A stretch of DNA of 63,943 bases, taken from IMG/VR virus record IMGVR_UViG_3300025103_002730, positions 1 through 63,943 of that record, one strand, 5' to 3'. Source of the stretch: a virus (taxonomy: Duplodnaviria > Caudoviricetes). Both the position numbers and the translations under genes were made by a program. Within the stretch, counting starts at the first letter, position 1. Every line of letters begins with the position of its first letter. The notes beneath the pieces were generated by a model. The model saw only the letters and a program-made list of their open reading frames with translations. It was not told the origin of the DNA and did not search any database. Positions 49,663 through 57,565 of the stretch are shown here, piece by piece.

Positions 49663-50308
49663 TTTCAGCCTTTAAAATGGAAAGTACTTCTTGGTGCGTC
49701 TGAAAACCCTCAACTCTTTTCACTGGGCTATTCAAATCGTCTCTCGCCACGACCAACATGGTTGGGTAGGCACCAATCTTATAGTACTTGAAGAATTTCG
49801 AATAGTCCTTTTCTTCGTCGTCTTCATCCATTATATAAAGTGTTATCCGATTGTCAAGCAAAAACTTCTCTAATTCTGGATTTGCCCATGTTTTTTTCTG
49901 CATATCTATACACGGATGGCACCAACTGGCACCCATATGGTAAACCATAATGTTATTTCGGTCAGCCTCGTCTAGTAGGGCAACTCCTCCGAACCGTCCG
50001 TTTGTTTGGGCGTTTTGACCCTTGACGCAGTTGCAATTTGACTTCTTGCAACCGCACTGGCACTTTTTTGCGATGGGTTCCGGGGCTTTATTCTTACAAG
50101 CTGGACAACCGGGGCACTCCGTCTTGTGACCGTCACCATGAGTGATCCATCCAGTTCCATCACAAAGGTCGTTTACTGGGGCTTCTGGAGAATCTCCTGA
50201 GGTCATAATAGCTTTAGCTAAGTTTACTACCACGTATGGTCTATAAGCCCATGATCCTGATGAGGATGAAGTAAATACTAATAATGTAGCAAAAAGTAAG
50301 TTTTTCAT
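49652..50308 (-). CDS. Secreted thioredoxin-like protein with Cys-rich linker
   Basis: Signal peptide, 'CDGTG...CPGCPAC' and CQCGC...CNC clusters, WCHPC active site, cis-Pro 'YPT'. Confidence 0.8.
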   Translation of the reverse strand: MKNLLFATLLVFTSSSSGSWAYRPYVVVNLAKAIMTSGDSPEAPVNDLCDGTGWITHGDGHKTECPGCPACKNKAPEPIAKKCQCGCKKSNCNCVKGQNAQTNGRFGGVALLDEADRNNIMVYHMGASWCHPCIDMQKKTWANPELEKFLLDNRITLYIMDEDDEEKDYSKFFKYYKIGAYPTMLVVARDDLNSPVKRVEGFQTHQEVLSILKAEIDE

Positions 50309-50316
50309 TTTATACC

Positions 50317-51243
50317 CTACAAATATGTTGAAGTACCGTAGTCTAGTAAATCCCTGGCAGGGAAACCGTCTACGTTACTAAAGACCCAAGACCCCTGACT
50401 AGCCAGCATTCCTCTTGCGTCCTTTTCGCGAATCCAGAAGCTACCATCAGGCTGTCCATGCACCTTAGGACCGGAATTCCATCTACCCCAACTGTTTTGT
50501 ACAAGGAATAGTGTTTCATTGAACCTGTCGTTCGTGTCATCACAAGCAATCCACGCCATAGCGTGTGACCAGCCACTAGATCTCTTTGCTATGCCCTTGG
50601 CGTCTCTCCTAGAAGAAAAACCGTAACCAGAGCATACAGAGAGGGCATACCCGTTAGAGAGGGCGTCTCGTGCCTCCTGAACGGTCGTAACCATACTGAT
50701 CGTCTTGACTTGGTGCTTCTTTGCCTCAGTCGTATAGATAGACGCTGGGATGCGTTTTCTTGCACCTAGACTGGAATTGTAGGTTGATAGGTCTACTTTA
50801 CCGTAGTTCTTACGGAGTAGAATACCTCCCTTACTGTTCACGTATCTGGCCGCACCGGAACAGGTCATCCCCTGGCCGCTATGACTTCGTGATTGATAGA
50901 TACCCTCTGTAGCACCTCGTGCCTCAAAAGACTCTGATTCTCCCTTTACGTGGATTTCAACAGCACGACTGATATCCAAAGCGTTTCGTGTAGCGTGGCT
51001 AACACAGTCGCCGGTCGTTTGTTTTTCGGCGGGTCCAAAACCCGGATCAAATTTGAGTAATGACTTAAAGGGAAGGGAGAGTTTCCCCTCCCCCGAGCCA
51101 CACAACCCGAAAGCTGCTGGACCAAATAAGGGAGTCTTTAACTTACCAAGTAGCTCTGCAGTCTCTTTAGGGTCACATATGCTCCCCTCAAAACCATCAC
51201 GATAAGCGTTTAAGAGAGAACGTGGTGTATCAAACTCCCTCAT
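50317..51243 (-). CDS. Papain-like cysteine peptidase (C1 family)
   Basis: 'QTTGDCVSHA' (oxyanion Gln and catalytic Cys), 'WSHAM' (His), 'QNSWG' (Asn), 'GSFWI'. Confidence 0.85.
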   Translation of the reverse strand: MREFDTPRSLLNAYRDGFEGSICDPKETAELLGKLKTPLFGPAAFGLCGSGEGKLSLPFKSLLKFDPGFGPAEKQTTGDCVSHATRNALDISRAVEIHVKGESESFEARGATEGIYQSRSHSGQGMTCSGAARYVNSKGGILLRKNYGKVDLSTYNSSLGARKRIPASIYTTEAKKHQVKTISMVTTVQEARDALSNGYALSVCSGYGFSSRRDAKGIAKRSSGWSHAMAWIACDDTNDRFNETLFLVQNSWGRWNSGPKVHGQPDGSFWIREKDARGMLASQGSWVFSNVDGFPARDLLDYGTSTYL

Positions 51244-51245
51244 AA

Positions 51246-51461
51246 CTACTCCTTGTCGTCAGTGTTATTTTTCATCCACTTAATAACAGTGTCAAGAGCT
51301 AGAGCAATGACAGGTACTACAAGAGCACCCATATTGCCCAAGTCTAGTTCGCCAAGGTTTTGCATTACGTAAGTTACAGCGGCAGCACCGCCAACAAGTA
51401 GTGCGTTTTTACCCAAATTACTTAGGTCGGAAATATCAAGTTTGAACTTTTTAGATCCCAT
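51246..51461 (-). CDS. Holin-like small two-TM protein
   Basis: 71 aa, two hydrophobic helices, charged C-terminus, immediately upstream of the peptidase. Confidence 0.55.
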   Translation of the reverse strand: MGSKKFKLDISDLSNLGKNALLVGGAAAVTYVMQNLGELDLGNMGALVVPVIALALDTVIKWMKNNTDDKE

Positions 51462-51464
51462 TTG

Positions 51465-52043
51465 TTACTCCTGTATCTTGATGTGAATTAGAAATCCTTC
51501 ATGTTGACCATCATCTAATCGATAAGGGTGTCCAATGAAGCGAAGTTTCCTTTTATCTACAGATACGGTTTCGATATCAATTCTTCTGCTCATCATTAAG
51601 CAGGAACTAAGTTCGTCTAAGAAATTCCCTCTTTCTTCGTCGTCTACAACCGTAACCCAGTCTAATCCACCGCTAATGTCGCCCTGACCAACAGTCTGTT
51701 GGTAGAAATTTTCATTAGCCCAGATTAGATTTCCTTCCCTGTCAGTCTCAAAGAGACACCTATCCTGATAATGCAACGCTATCTTCGAACGTTGATCAAT
51801 AACTGTTTGGCGTACTTCCATGCGATCACAGGTGTTAGAAAGTTTCAATACCATATCTTTAATAGAACCACCTCCGTTGTAACTGACTTCGGATTTGATT
51901 TCTAAGATACTATTCTTGATTTCTTTCTGGTCTTTAAACCAAACACGAGTAACTTTGAAGAAACGCCACAGAAAAATGATAGCAGAGCCAATCGCACCCA
52001 CCAGAGATGCGATGGCTACAATTTCGTCTATGGTGATGTTCAT
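51465..52043 (-). CDS. Membrane-anchored PAS-domain protein
   Basis: N-terminal TM, coiled coil, then 'FETDREGNLIWANENF...DWVTVVDDEER...' PAS-like fold. Confidence 0.7.
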   Translation of the reverse strand: MNITIDEIVAIASLVGAIGSAIIFLWRFFKVTRVWFKDQKEIKNSILEIKSEVSYNGGGSIKDMVLKLSNTCDRMEVRQTVIDQRSKIALHYQDRCLFETDREGNLIWANENFYQQTVGQGDISGGLDWVTVVDDEERGNFLDELSSCLMMSRRIDIETVSVDKRKLRFIGHPYRLDDGQHEGFLIHIKIQE

Positions 52044-52067
52044 AATGACTCCTACGAACGAGCCATC

Positions 52068-52730
52068 TTAGGATTCGTAAGAGTCTTGTGCCTTGTAGTC
52101 GTCACTCTGAGGATTTTTGCCACCAAACATATACGTCAACTCACCCGGAATAGCACGGGTTGTGTTTGCGGCAGCGTCGGCAGAAGCCTCATTTCCAGCA
52201 CCGCTTGGGCGGACAAAGTCAGAAGCAACACCGGTATTACCGCTCTTAGTTACAAACGAGTTGTAACCAGACGCTGGTGCAGCTAAAACGTCTATATCTA
52301 CAGTGCCATACAGGTGTGTACCTGAAGCCTGCATAGTAGATCCTCTGGAAGGATCAGCACCGTGTACATCAGCAGCACCACCAATCAGCAGTGTGTTAGC
52401 TACACCACCCAAGGTAGTTGTTACATTACCACCTTGAACAACCCACTCAGTGGCACCAGCCTGATAACCAAGCTGAGTAGTACCTTCTGTTATAGCACCG
52501 GGAACAGCACCAGAAATACCAACTTTGTCAGTATATTGAGATCCTGTACCATCTTGTGCAATTACCTTAGAACCATAGCTTTGACCTACGTCGTCAGCTA
52601 GTACGGAAAGAACAAGGTTGTTGTTAACAGGACTGTCTGAGGCGGGAGTTCCGCCGTGTACAACAGTTCCACCATCACGATTTTCAACGGCTGGCTGGTC
52701 GCCAGCACCACTTGGAGCTACAGTAGCCAC
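52068..52730 (-). CDS. Putative virion protein (G/A/T/S-rich)
   Basis: Amino-acid composition; RBS AGGAG; preceded by the GTGTATAAT motif. Confidence 0.5.
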   Translation of the reverse strand: MATVAPSGAGDQPAVENRDGGTVVHGGTPASDSPVNNNLVLSVLADDVGQSYGSKVIAQDGTGSQYTDKVGISGAVPGAITEGTTQLGYQAGATEWVVQGGNVTTTLGGVANTLLIGGAADVHGADPSRGSTMQASGTHLYGTVDIDVLAAPASGYNSFVTKSGNTGVASDFVRPSGAGNEASADAAANTTRAIPGELTYMFGGKNPQSDDYKAQDSYES

Positions 52731-52804
52731 ATTAAATCTCCTGTAAGTAAAAATGAAAAGTTTTAGATTTGTCCGTGTCCGACTGTAATTCCAATTCCTG
52801 TGAT

Positions 52805-52813
52805 ATTATACAC
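52805..52813 (-). promoter_or_regulatory. GTGTATAAT motif, putative late promoter
   Basis: Overlaps the sigma-gene stop codon; upstream of the virion/lysis-like operon. Confidence 0.5.
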
Positions 52814-53279
52814 TTTTTAAAAGCGAAACTTTCAGTTTTTCCAGATTTTTCTGAAGTCTAACACGAATAGTCTCGCCACAAACTTGCCTATCTTCCGCCA
52901 ATTCCTTGATCGTCATGTTGTTATAGAACCTATCCATTATAAGTGACGGATCTTCACATGTTGCCGAAATGGTGTCCAACATGTCAATTTGAGCGACCGG
53001 ATCGTGCTTATCTTCAATGTTTTCATGAAGAACAGCGGCTTTTTTGGATTTATTGAACTTTCTTTGGCTGAGACACTCGTACACCACACCCGTATGTAGG
53101 TAGGAAGTGAATTTGGTCCCATTACGCTTATTGTACCGTTCTGACGCCCTCCACAGTGCGTTTAAAATACAACTTTGGATCTCATCCTGTGACAAAACCG
53201 TAGCAAAAGATGACGCCGCACTGTATGCGATGTTCATTACGTCTTCGTCATTCAGGTACTTCTGGATTTTCTTGTTCAT
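52806..53279 (-). CDS. Phage-encoded sigma-70-like factor
   Basis: Region 2 'ALWRASERYNKRNGTKFTSYL' and region 4 'RFYNNMTIKELAEDRQVCGETIRVRL..LEKLK'. Start taken as MNKK at 53279. Confidence 0.8.
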   Translation of the reverse strand: MNKKIQKYLNDEDVMNIAYSAASSFATVLSQDEIQSCILNALWRASERYNKRNGTKFTSYLHTGVVYECLSQRKFNKSKKAAVLHENIEDKHDPVAQIDMLDTISATCEDPSLIMDRFYNNMTIKELAEDRQVCGETIRVRLQKNLEKLKVSLLKSV

Positions 53280-53691
53280 GTGTTTTTCCTTTACTTGTAA
53301 TAGTTTGTTCAATCTCTGCTCTGACTTCGCCGAAGTCGAACATTCTTCCAATCCCAACAAAAAACCTATATCTACTACAGATTTTTAAAACTTCCACGCC
53401 GCTAGTTTCGCTCAGTGTGTCCCTTATCTCCTCCGTTATGCTGAAGTTGGTGTGTCCCATCCAGCAGTTAAAATTTGATGCTATAGAGATATTCTCCATT
53501 AGCCGCTCGTTAATAGGAATGAGCAGTTGGTCCTCTTTCCTATCTTGTTCATCCTGATAAGGCACGCCTTCTTCTTCAGAGTCTTCTACCGCTCCCTCTT
53601 GTCTGTGTAACATGTCTAACAGTGGAGACTCAAGCTGACTTTGTAGTAAATCTTCGTATTTTTGCCAACCCACTTTGTTATTTGTTTTCAT
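53248..53691 (-). CDS. Hypothetical protein
   Basis: 147-aa ORF coupled to the sigma gene. Confidence 0.55.
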   Translation of the reverse strand: MKTNNKVGWQKYEDLLQSQLESPLLDMLHRQEGAVEDSEEEGVPYQDEQDRKEDQLLIPINERLMENISIASNFNCWMGHTNFSITEEIRDTLSETSGVEVLKICSRYRFFVGIGRMFDFGEVRAEIEQTITSKGKTHEQENPEVPE

Positions 53692-53701
53692 GGTAGTGCC
53701 C

Positions 53702-54217
53702 TTAAAAAAGGTCTGTAGGTTTAATTACTGGAGTATCTCCAGATTTCCTTTTTGTTAAGCCTTCCTCTTCTCCCTGTATGTATTGACCGCCATCCTCAAG
53801 GATAGTCGATTTAAGTATGACTGATTTGACAAATGTACTGAATTCATCCAATTTTGAGTCTCTTTCGAAATTCGTTTGCAGGATCTGCATAGACTGTACC
53901 TGAAAAGCCGTCGTTGGAATAGAGGCGATTAGTAGGGCGAACTTCTCCATAGTTTCTGGAGAGTAGTCATCCATCCCAACGTCTATGACTATCTCACCAT
54001 CCTCATCCACGCTGTAGCAGACGCACGCAGGACGACCCTTATTCCCAAAGGACTCCTTCGACGATTTTGTCTGCGGTGTTTCTCCAAGTGAATTCGCTGG
54101 CGGTGGAGATCCCGGCTTCTGAGATTTCCCCCTTGTAATTAGCTGCAAAGGCCAGCATAGCGTCCGAAAGATCTCGTATAGTATTTTCATCAATTTTTGC
54201 CCATTTTCCTTGTCCAA
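53702..54217 (-). CDS. Hypothetical protein
   Basis: ORF overlaps the GT4 3' end; the true start is uncertain. Confidence 0.45.
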   Translation of the reverse strand: MDKENGQKLMKILYEIFRTLCWPLQLITRGKSQKPGSPPPANSLGETPQTKSSKESFGNKGRPACVCYSVDEDGEIVIDVGMDDYSPETMEKFALLIASIPTTAFQVQSMQILQTNFERDSKLDEFSTFVKSVILKSTILEDGGQYIQGEEEGLTKRKSGDTPVIKPTDLF

Positions 54218-55118
54218 AGAACCACTTGTTGTCGTAAGCCGGTTCGGTGTTCTCGATGTTTATAGCTGTACAGTTATCAGCATTGCAAAACTCTGTATGA
54301 GCAGAATAGTCGGTGGCAATTACGTGTCTACCTACTGACATCATCTCCAGTAGCTCCAGATTCCAACCTTCTCCACGAGAAGGAAAGACTCCACAGTCCG
54401 CTTCCGCCATCATATTATACACACCTCCCTGTGTCTCAGCCCTCGGAATAAGTTTTACTCCGGGGTGAGAGTACAGAGATTCCCACCTCTCATCCTCCCC
54501 AGTAGTGTTGAATGGGTTGTGGCACATCATTCTTAGCTCGATATTGGGATTCTGCTCGTAGGCCAACCTGAAGGCTCGAATCAGGATATCGTGCCCTTTA
54601 CGCACCTCCCATTTCCCACAGTTAAAGAAAACCGTCTTATTTTTAGGGTGTTGCTGAGTCATTGACGGGTTAGTGGGTAAAAAGATAGATGTGTCTACAC
54701 CCAGAGGTACTACGTGAATGTTATTACCCAGTCCATGATACTGAATAACACCCTTGGCCCACTCTGAGCATACCATCAGTTCATCGCAGGACCGCATTTG
54801 ATGTAATTCCTGCTTCGTGAAGGTGTCTAGCTCGAAGATAGGGAACCCTATGTGTTTTCCGCGACCAACGTGTTGGGCTAGGTCAAACTGGTGCCACAGA
54901 CGCACTGAGGCGGCTTCTGGGTTGTACCCGTTTTTGGCTAGGTCAAGAGATCTCTGTACTATCGTATGGTCTTCTTGACAGGAAACGCTAATGCTCTCAG
55001 GGCCAGAGATAGGATACAGGGATACTTCAACACCACGATTCCAAAGTGCCTTGAGGATATTGAGACAAGTAATCCCATATCCCAATTGATTAATCGGTCC
55101 CGTTAAATTTAATTGCAT
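54039..55118 (-). CDS. Glycosyltransferase family 4
   Basis: 'GKWEVRKGHDIL', 'FPSRGEGWNLELLEMM'. Confidence 0.88.
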   Translation of the reverse strand: MQLNLTGPINQLGYGITCLNILKALWNRGVEVSLYPISGPESISVSCQEDHTIVQRSLDLAKNGYNPEAASVRLWHQFDLAQHVGRGKHIGFPIFELDTFTKQELHQMRSCDELMVCSEWAKGVIQYHGLGNNIHVVPLGVDTSIFLPTNPSMTQQHPKNKTVFFNCGKWEVRKGHDILIRAFRLAYEQNPNIELRMMCHNPFNTTGEDERWESLYSHPGVKLIPRAETQGGVYNMMAEADCGVFPSRGEGWNLELLEMMSVGRHVIATDYSAHTEFCNADNCTAINIENTEPAYDNKWFFGQGKWAKIDENTIRDLSDAMLAFAANYKGEISEAGISTASEFTWRNTADKIVEGVLWE

Positions 55119-55183
55119 TTAGATACGTCCTTACAGAGTAGTATAAAATAATCCTGATCATATGTCTGTGTCAATCACAATTT

Positions 55184-55612
55184 TCATTTAAACACCTCTC
55201 TTACAAATTCCTCTACAGTTTTTGTCTGTGGCTTTTCGGTCAGAAACTTATTTACGGTGCGTTTCGCTGTTCTGCGTCTTTCTCCGAGTCCCACTAGGGC
55301 ATCCACACAGTCATTATAAGCTGGATGCTTCTGACGCTCAGGAAGTGGGATGGGTTTAGCCTTAGGTGAGGCGTTCTTGCCCTTCTTCTTTTTCTTCTTC
55401 TTCTTTTTCTTCTTGACTTTGGGTAGCTCAACAGCAACTACAGGTGGTGCTTCAGGAGGGTCGTCTATGTACCCTAGATCAAAACGCTCTGGGATCTTTA
55501 GGGGTTTGACAGATTTGTTAGTAAGACCGTTGACAAAACAGATAAACCAGAAGGTTCCAACGAGGGAGCTACACAGTTTAACCAATAGGTCTATATGTCT
55601 AGGGTCGTCCAT
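55184..55612 (-). CDS. Membrane-anchored protein with poly-Lys tract and RuvA-C-like domain
   Basis: TM helix, K11 tract, 'DCVDALVGLGERRRTAKRTV' resembling RuvA domain III. Confidence 0.5.
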   Translation of the reverse strand: MDDPRHIDLLVKLCSSLVGTFWFICFVNGLTNKSVKPLKIPERFDLGYIDDPPEAPPVVAVELPKVKKKKKKKKKKKGKNASPKAKPIPLPERQKHPAYNDCVDALVGLGERRRTAKRTVNKFLTEKPQTKTVEEFVREVFK

Positions 55613-55792
55613 TTTAGAATTCCGCTTTCAGAATACATCTACTGTCTATAATCCCAACACCATACTCTTGATATGCGTAGAACCCGGCTGTTTCGGGCTT
55701 ATGGACAGGGTCGTCGTCGGGTAGTAGCCCTCATACAGTTGGAGCACTTCGGCTGCGGTGATTGCCCCTGTCGAGCACTTGCACATCATCTT

Positions 55793-55820
55793 ATGATAGT
55801 CTATATCGGCTGTATGTCAA
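55793..55820 (-). promoter_or_regulatory. Sigma-70-type promoter
   Basis: TTGACA-16 nt-TATCAT. Confidence 0.6.
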
Positions 55821-55841
55821 GGGTTTCTTTAGAGTATTTAC

Positions 55842-55872
55842 AAAAAAGGCCTCGATAGTTTCCCATCGAGGC
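55842..55872 (-). terminator. Rho-independent terminator
   Basis: GCCTCGATGG-GAAA-CTATCGAGGC followed by CTTTTTT. Confidence 0.8.
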
Positions 55873-55931
55873 TGAAATAGCAGCGTTTATTCCCGTGAAC
55901 ATCTTCGAAAGAAGGCTGCTATCGTGTAAAA

Positions 55932-56096
55932 TGGAAGGGCGGGATTTACTTTATTTACCCGCAACTTTCAGGGCCAGTTGTGTCAATGTCCCTACTCGAA
56001 CCGCTATCCACTGCCTCAGTCAGTTGACCCTTGGCCTTCATAGATTCGCGTGCTGTTACCGTCACTGGCTTGCTCCGGTGTTTTCAGCCACCTTCC
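55932..56096 (-). ncRNA. Unknown 165-nt structured RNA with tRNA-like ends
   Basis: 5' GGAAGG pairs with 3' CCUUCC-A; T-like stem GCGGG/CCCGC; internal helices UGGCU/AGCCA, AGGGUCA/UGGCCCU and CAACU/AGUUG. Confidence 0.6.
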
Positions 56097-56108
56097 GCCA
56101 GACAGGAG

Positions 56109-56465
56109 CTACCCGTCTGAATTCTTATTCCTCGGCGTAATCTGTGATGGATCAGGACCAAGGGAGATATCGTCTGCCATAATACAGACGGAACTTTTCT
56201 TGTTCTTTTCTTCATCCTCGTAGTTGTCAATCTTTAGCTTACCAGTAATAGCTACGCAACGGCCCCTAAGAAGCATAGGATTGAGGTTTTCTGCCATCTT
56301 ACCAAAACATAAAACATTGATAAACAACGTGTCATCGTTACGATGATCATTGACGGCTAACCTAAACTTAGACATGGACGTTCCCTTTCTCGTCGCTCCA
56401 AATTCCGCATCGCTAGTTAGCCGACCTGCTCCGTTCCAACAATTCTGATTCATCTGATACTCCAA
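56109..56465 (-). CDS. ssb: Single-stranded DNA-binding protein
   Basis: 'GRLTSDAE', 'FRLAVN', 'FINVLCFGKMAE', 'GRCVAITGKL..DNYED'. Confidence 0.88.
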   Translation of the reverse strand: MEYQMNQNCWNGAGRLTSDAEFGATRKGTSMSKFRLAVNDHRNDDTLFINVLCFGKMAENLNPMLLRGRCVAITGKLKIDNYEDEEKNKKSSVCIMADDISLGPDPSQITPRNKNSDG

Positions 56466-56491
56466 GATTTACAAATTCGGACTGATAATTG

Positions 56492-56746
56492 TTACGCACT
56501 CTCAGGTGTTGTGACCGGTTCACCGACACCCAATGTAGAACGTCCTTGCTTCAAGTAAAGCGATAGTCGTTCAACCTCTGCTACAATGGCTACTCGCTTT
56601 TCCTCAAGACCAACGATTTCTCGTTCGACATTCATGAGATGAACTCTTGCCATTTCCTCTACTGACGCCACCTGTTCTTCTGCCACTTCTCTGTTTCTCC
56701 GGTTTAAAGGATTGTGTTTAGTCGTTATATTATAGTCTACAACCAC
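56492..56746 (-). CDS. Small coiled-coil protein
   Basis: Heptad pattern; true start is probably downstream of the promoter at 56729. Confidence 0.5.
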   Translation of the reverse strand: MVVDYNITTKHNPLNRRNREVAEEQVASVEEMARVHLMNVEREIVGLEEKRVAIVAEVERLSLYLKQGRSTLGVGEPVTTPESA

Positions 56747-56757
56747 CTAAAAGACAA
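56729..56757 (-). promoter_or_regulatory. Sigma-70-type promoter
   Basis: TTGTCT-17 nt-TATAAT; shares GTAGACTATAAT with the promoter at 57944. Confidence 0.65.
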
Positions 56758-56788
56758 ATCGTTTTTGGAATTTTTAGACTATATCGAG

Positions 56789-56815
56789 AAAAAAGACCGG
56801 CCCAAAAGCCGGTCT
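56789..56815 (-). terminator. Rho-independent terminator
   Basis: AGACCGGC-TTTTGG-GCCGGTCT followed by a T run. Confidence 0.8.
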
Positions 56816-56831
56816 CGGGTGTTTAAGCATT

Positions 56832-57212
56832 CTATCTTGAGTAATGCTTCAAAGTACGGTATTGGAAGGGTACAATAGCGACCCCTGCTACGGACCTACG
56901 CCGTTCCAACTCCCGTTGCTGTGCCTCAATTTCTTCTTTCTGACGCTGAATGATAGCGTTTTTACAGCGAACCCTCTTAACCGCACAGAGTTCCTCAGAC
57001 GTGATAAACGCTGGAACCCTACGTGTCGTCAGTGACGACTTCAGACGAGACTTCATCAGGCAAAACCGCTCCTTCAGTTTCACACAGATAGACGGACGCT
57101 CAACGACGTACATCGCTGGCACTACCACTTGAACCTCAGTAACACAGGGATCATCCGCCCGTGCTGAACTCACTGAAGCTACCAGAGTAGCAAACAAAAT
57201 AAGACCTCTCAT
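56832..57212 (-). CDS. Secreted hypothetical protein
   Basis: Signal peptide ending ARA; RBS AAGGA. Confidence 0.55.
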   Translation of the reverse strand: MRGLILFATLVASVSSARADDPCVTEVQVVVPAMYVVERPSICVKLKERFCLMKSRLKSSLTTRRVPAFITSEELCAVKRVRCKNAIIQRQKEEIEAQQRELERRRSVAGVAIVPFQYRTLKHYSR

Positions 57213-57265
57213 ACTTAATTCCTTTCTAAAAGATCAAAAACCGATGGAGACCGTGGTAAAAGAAT

Positions 57266-57539
57266 TGGAGGCGGCGGAAGTCGAATCCGCGTGTTGTATA
57301 GGTTTCAAAATCAACAGTTTTTACATGTTTAGTGCCTAAGGCACGGTTCTTGCTGTTAGCGATAGTTCCCGAAGGATCTCTCTATGGTCGGGTGATGAGG
57401 CCCATAGAAGCCTCACAGCCTACGCTGCAAGTGCAAAAGAGTTTACAGTTATCGTTTGGTGTGGTTTTTAGCTAGCCCCCACGCCACCTAGCACATGTTG
57501 TTGAAGTCTCCGTCTACCAATCAATTCCAGTACGCCCCC
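57266..57539 (-). ncRNA. ssrA: tmRNA, compact 274 nt, tag (A)VNSFALAA*
   Basis: Acceptor GGGGGCG/CGCCUCC-A with a G3-U pair, T-arm GCGGA-UUCGACU-UCCGC, and 'AUAACU' before the tag ORF GUA AAC UCU UUU GCA CUU GCA GCG UAG at 57446-57420. Confidence 0.92.
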
Positions 57540-57565
57540 GTACTACTTAGTCCGCAAGCGGACAG

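Noticed and set aside
55350-55724. + strand ORF with a poly-Phe run; possible microsatellite
   Set aside because: Reverse complement of the poly-Lys codons of the - strand gene.
55895-56140. + strand 81-aa ORF; also considered RNase P RNA or tRNA-Sec for this interval
   Set aside because: The ORF overlaps a structured RNA and lacks an RBS. RNase P conserved motifs (GAGGAAAGUCC, ACAGAA) and a UCA anticodon arm are absent.
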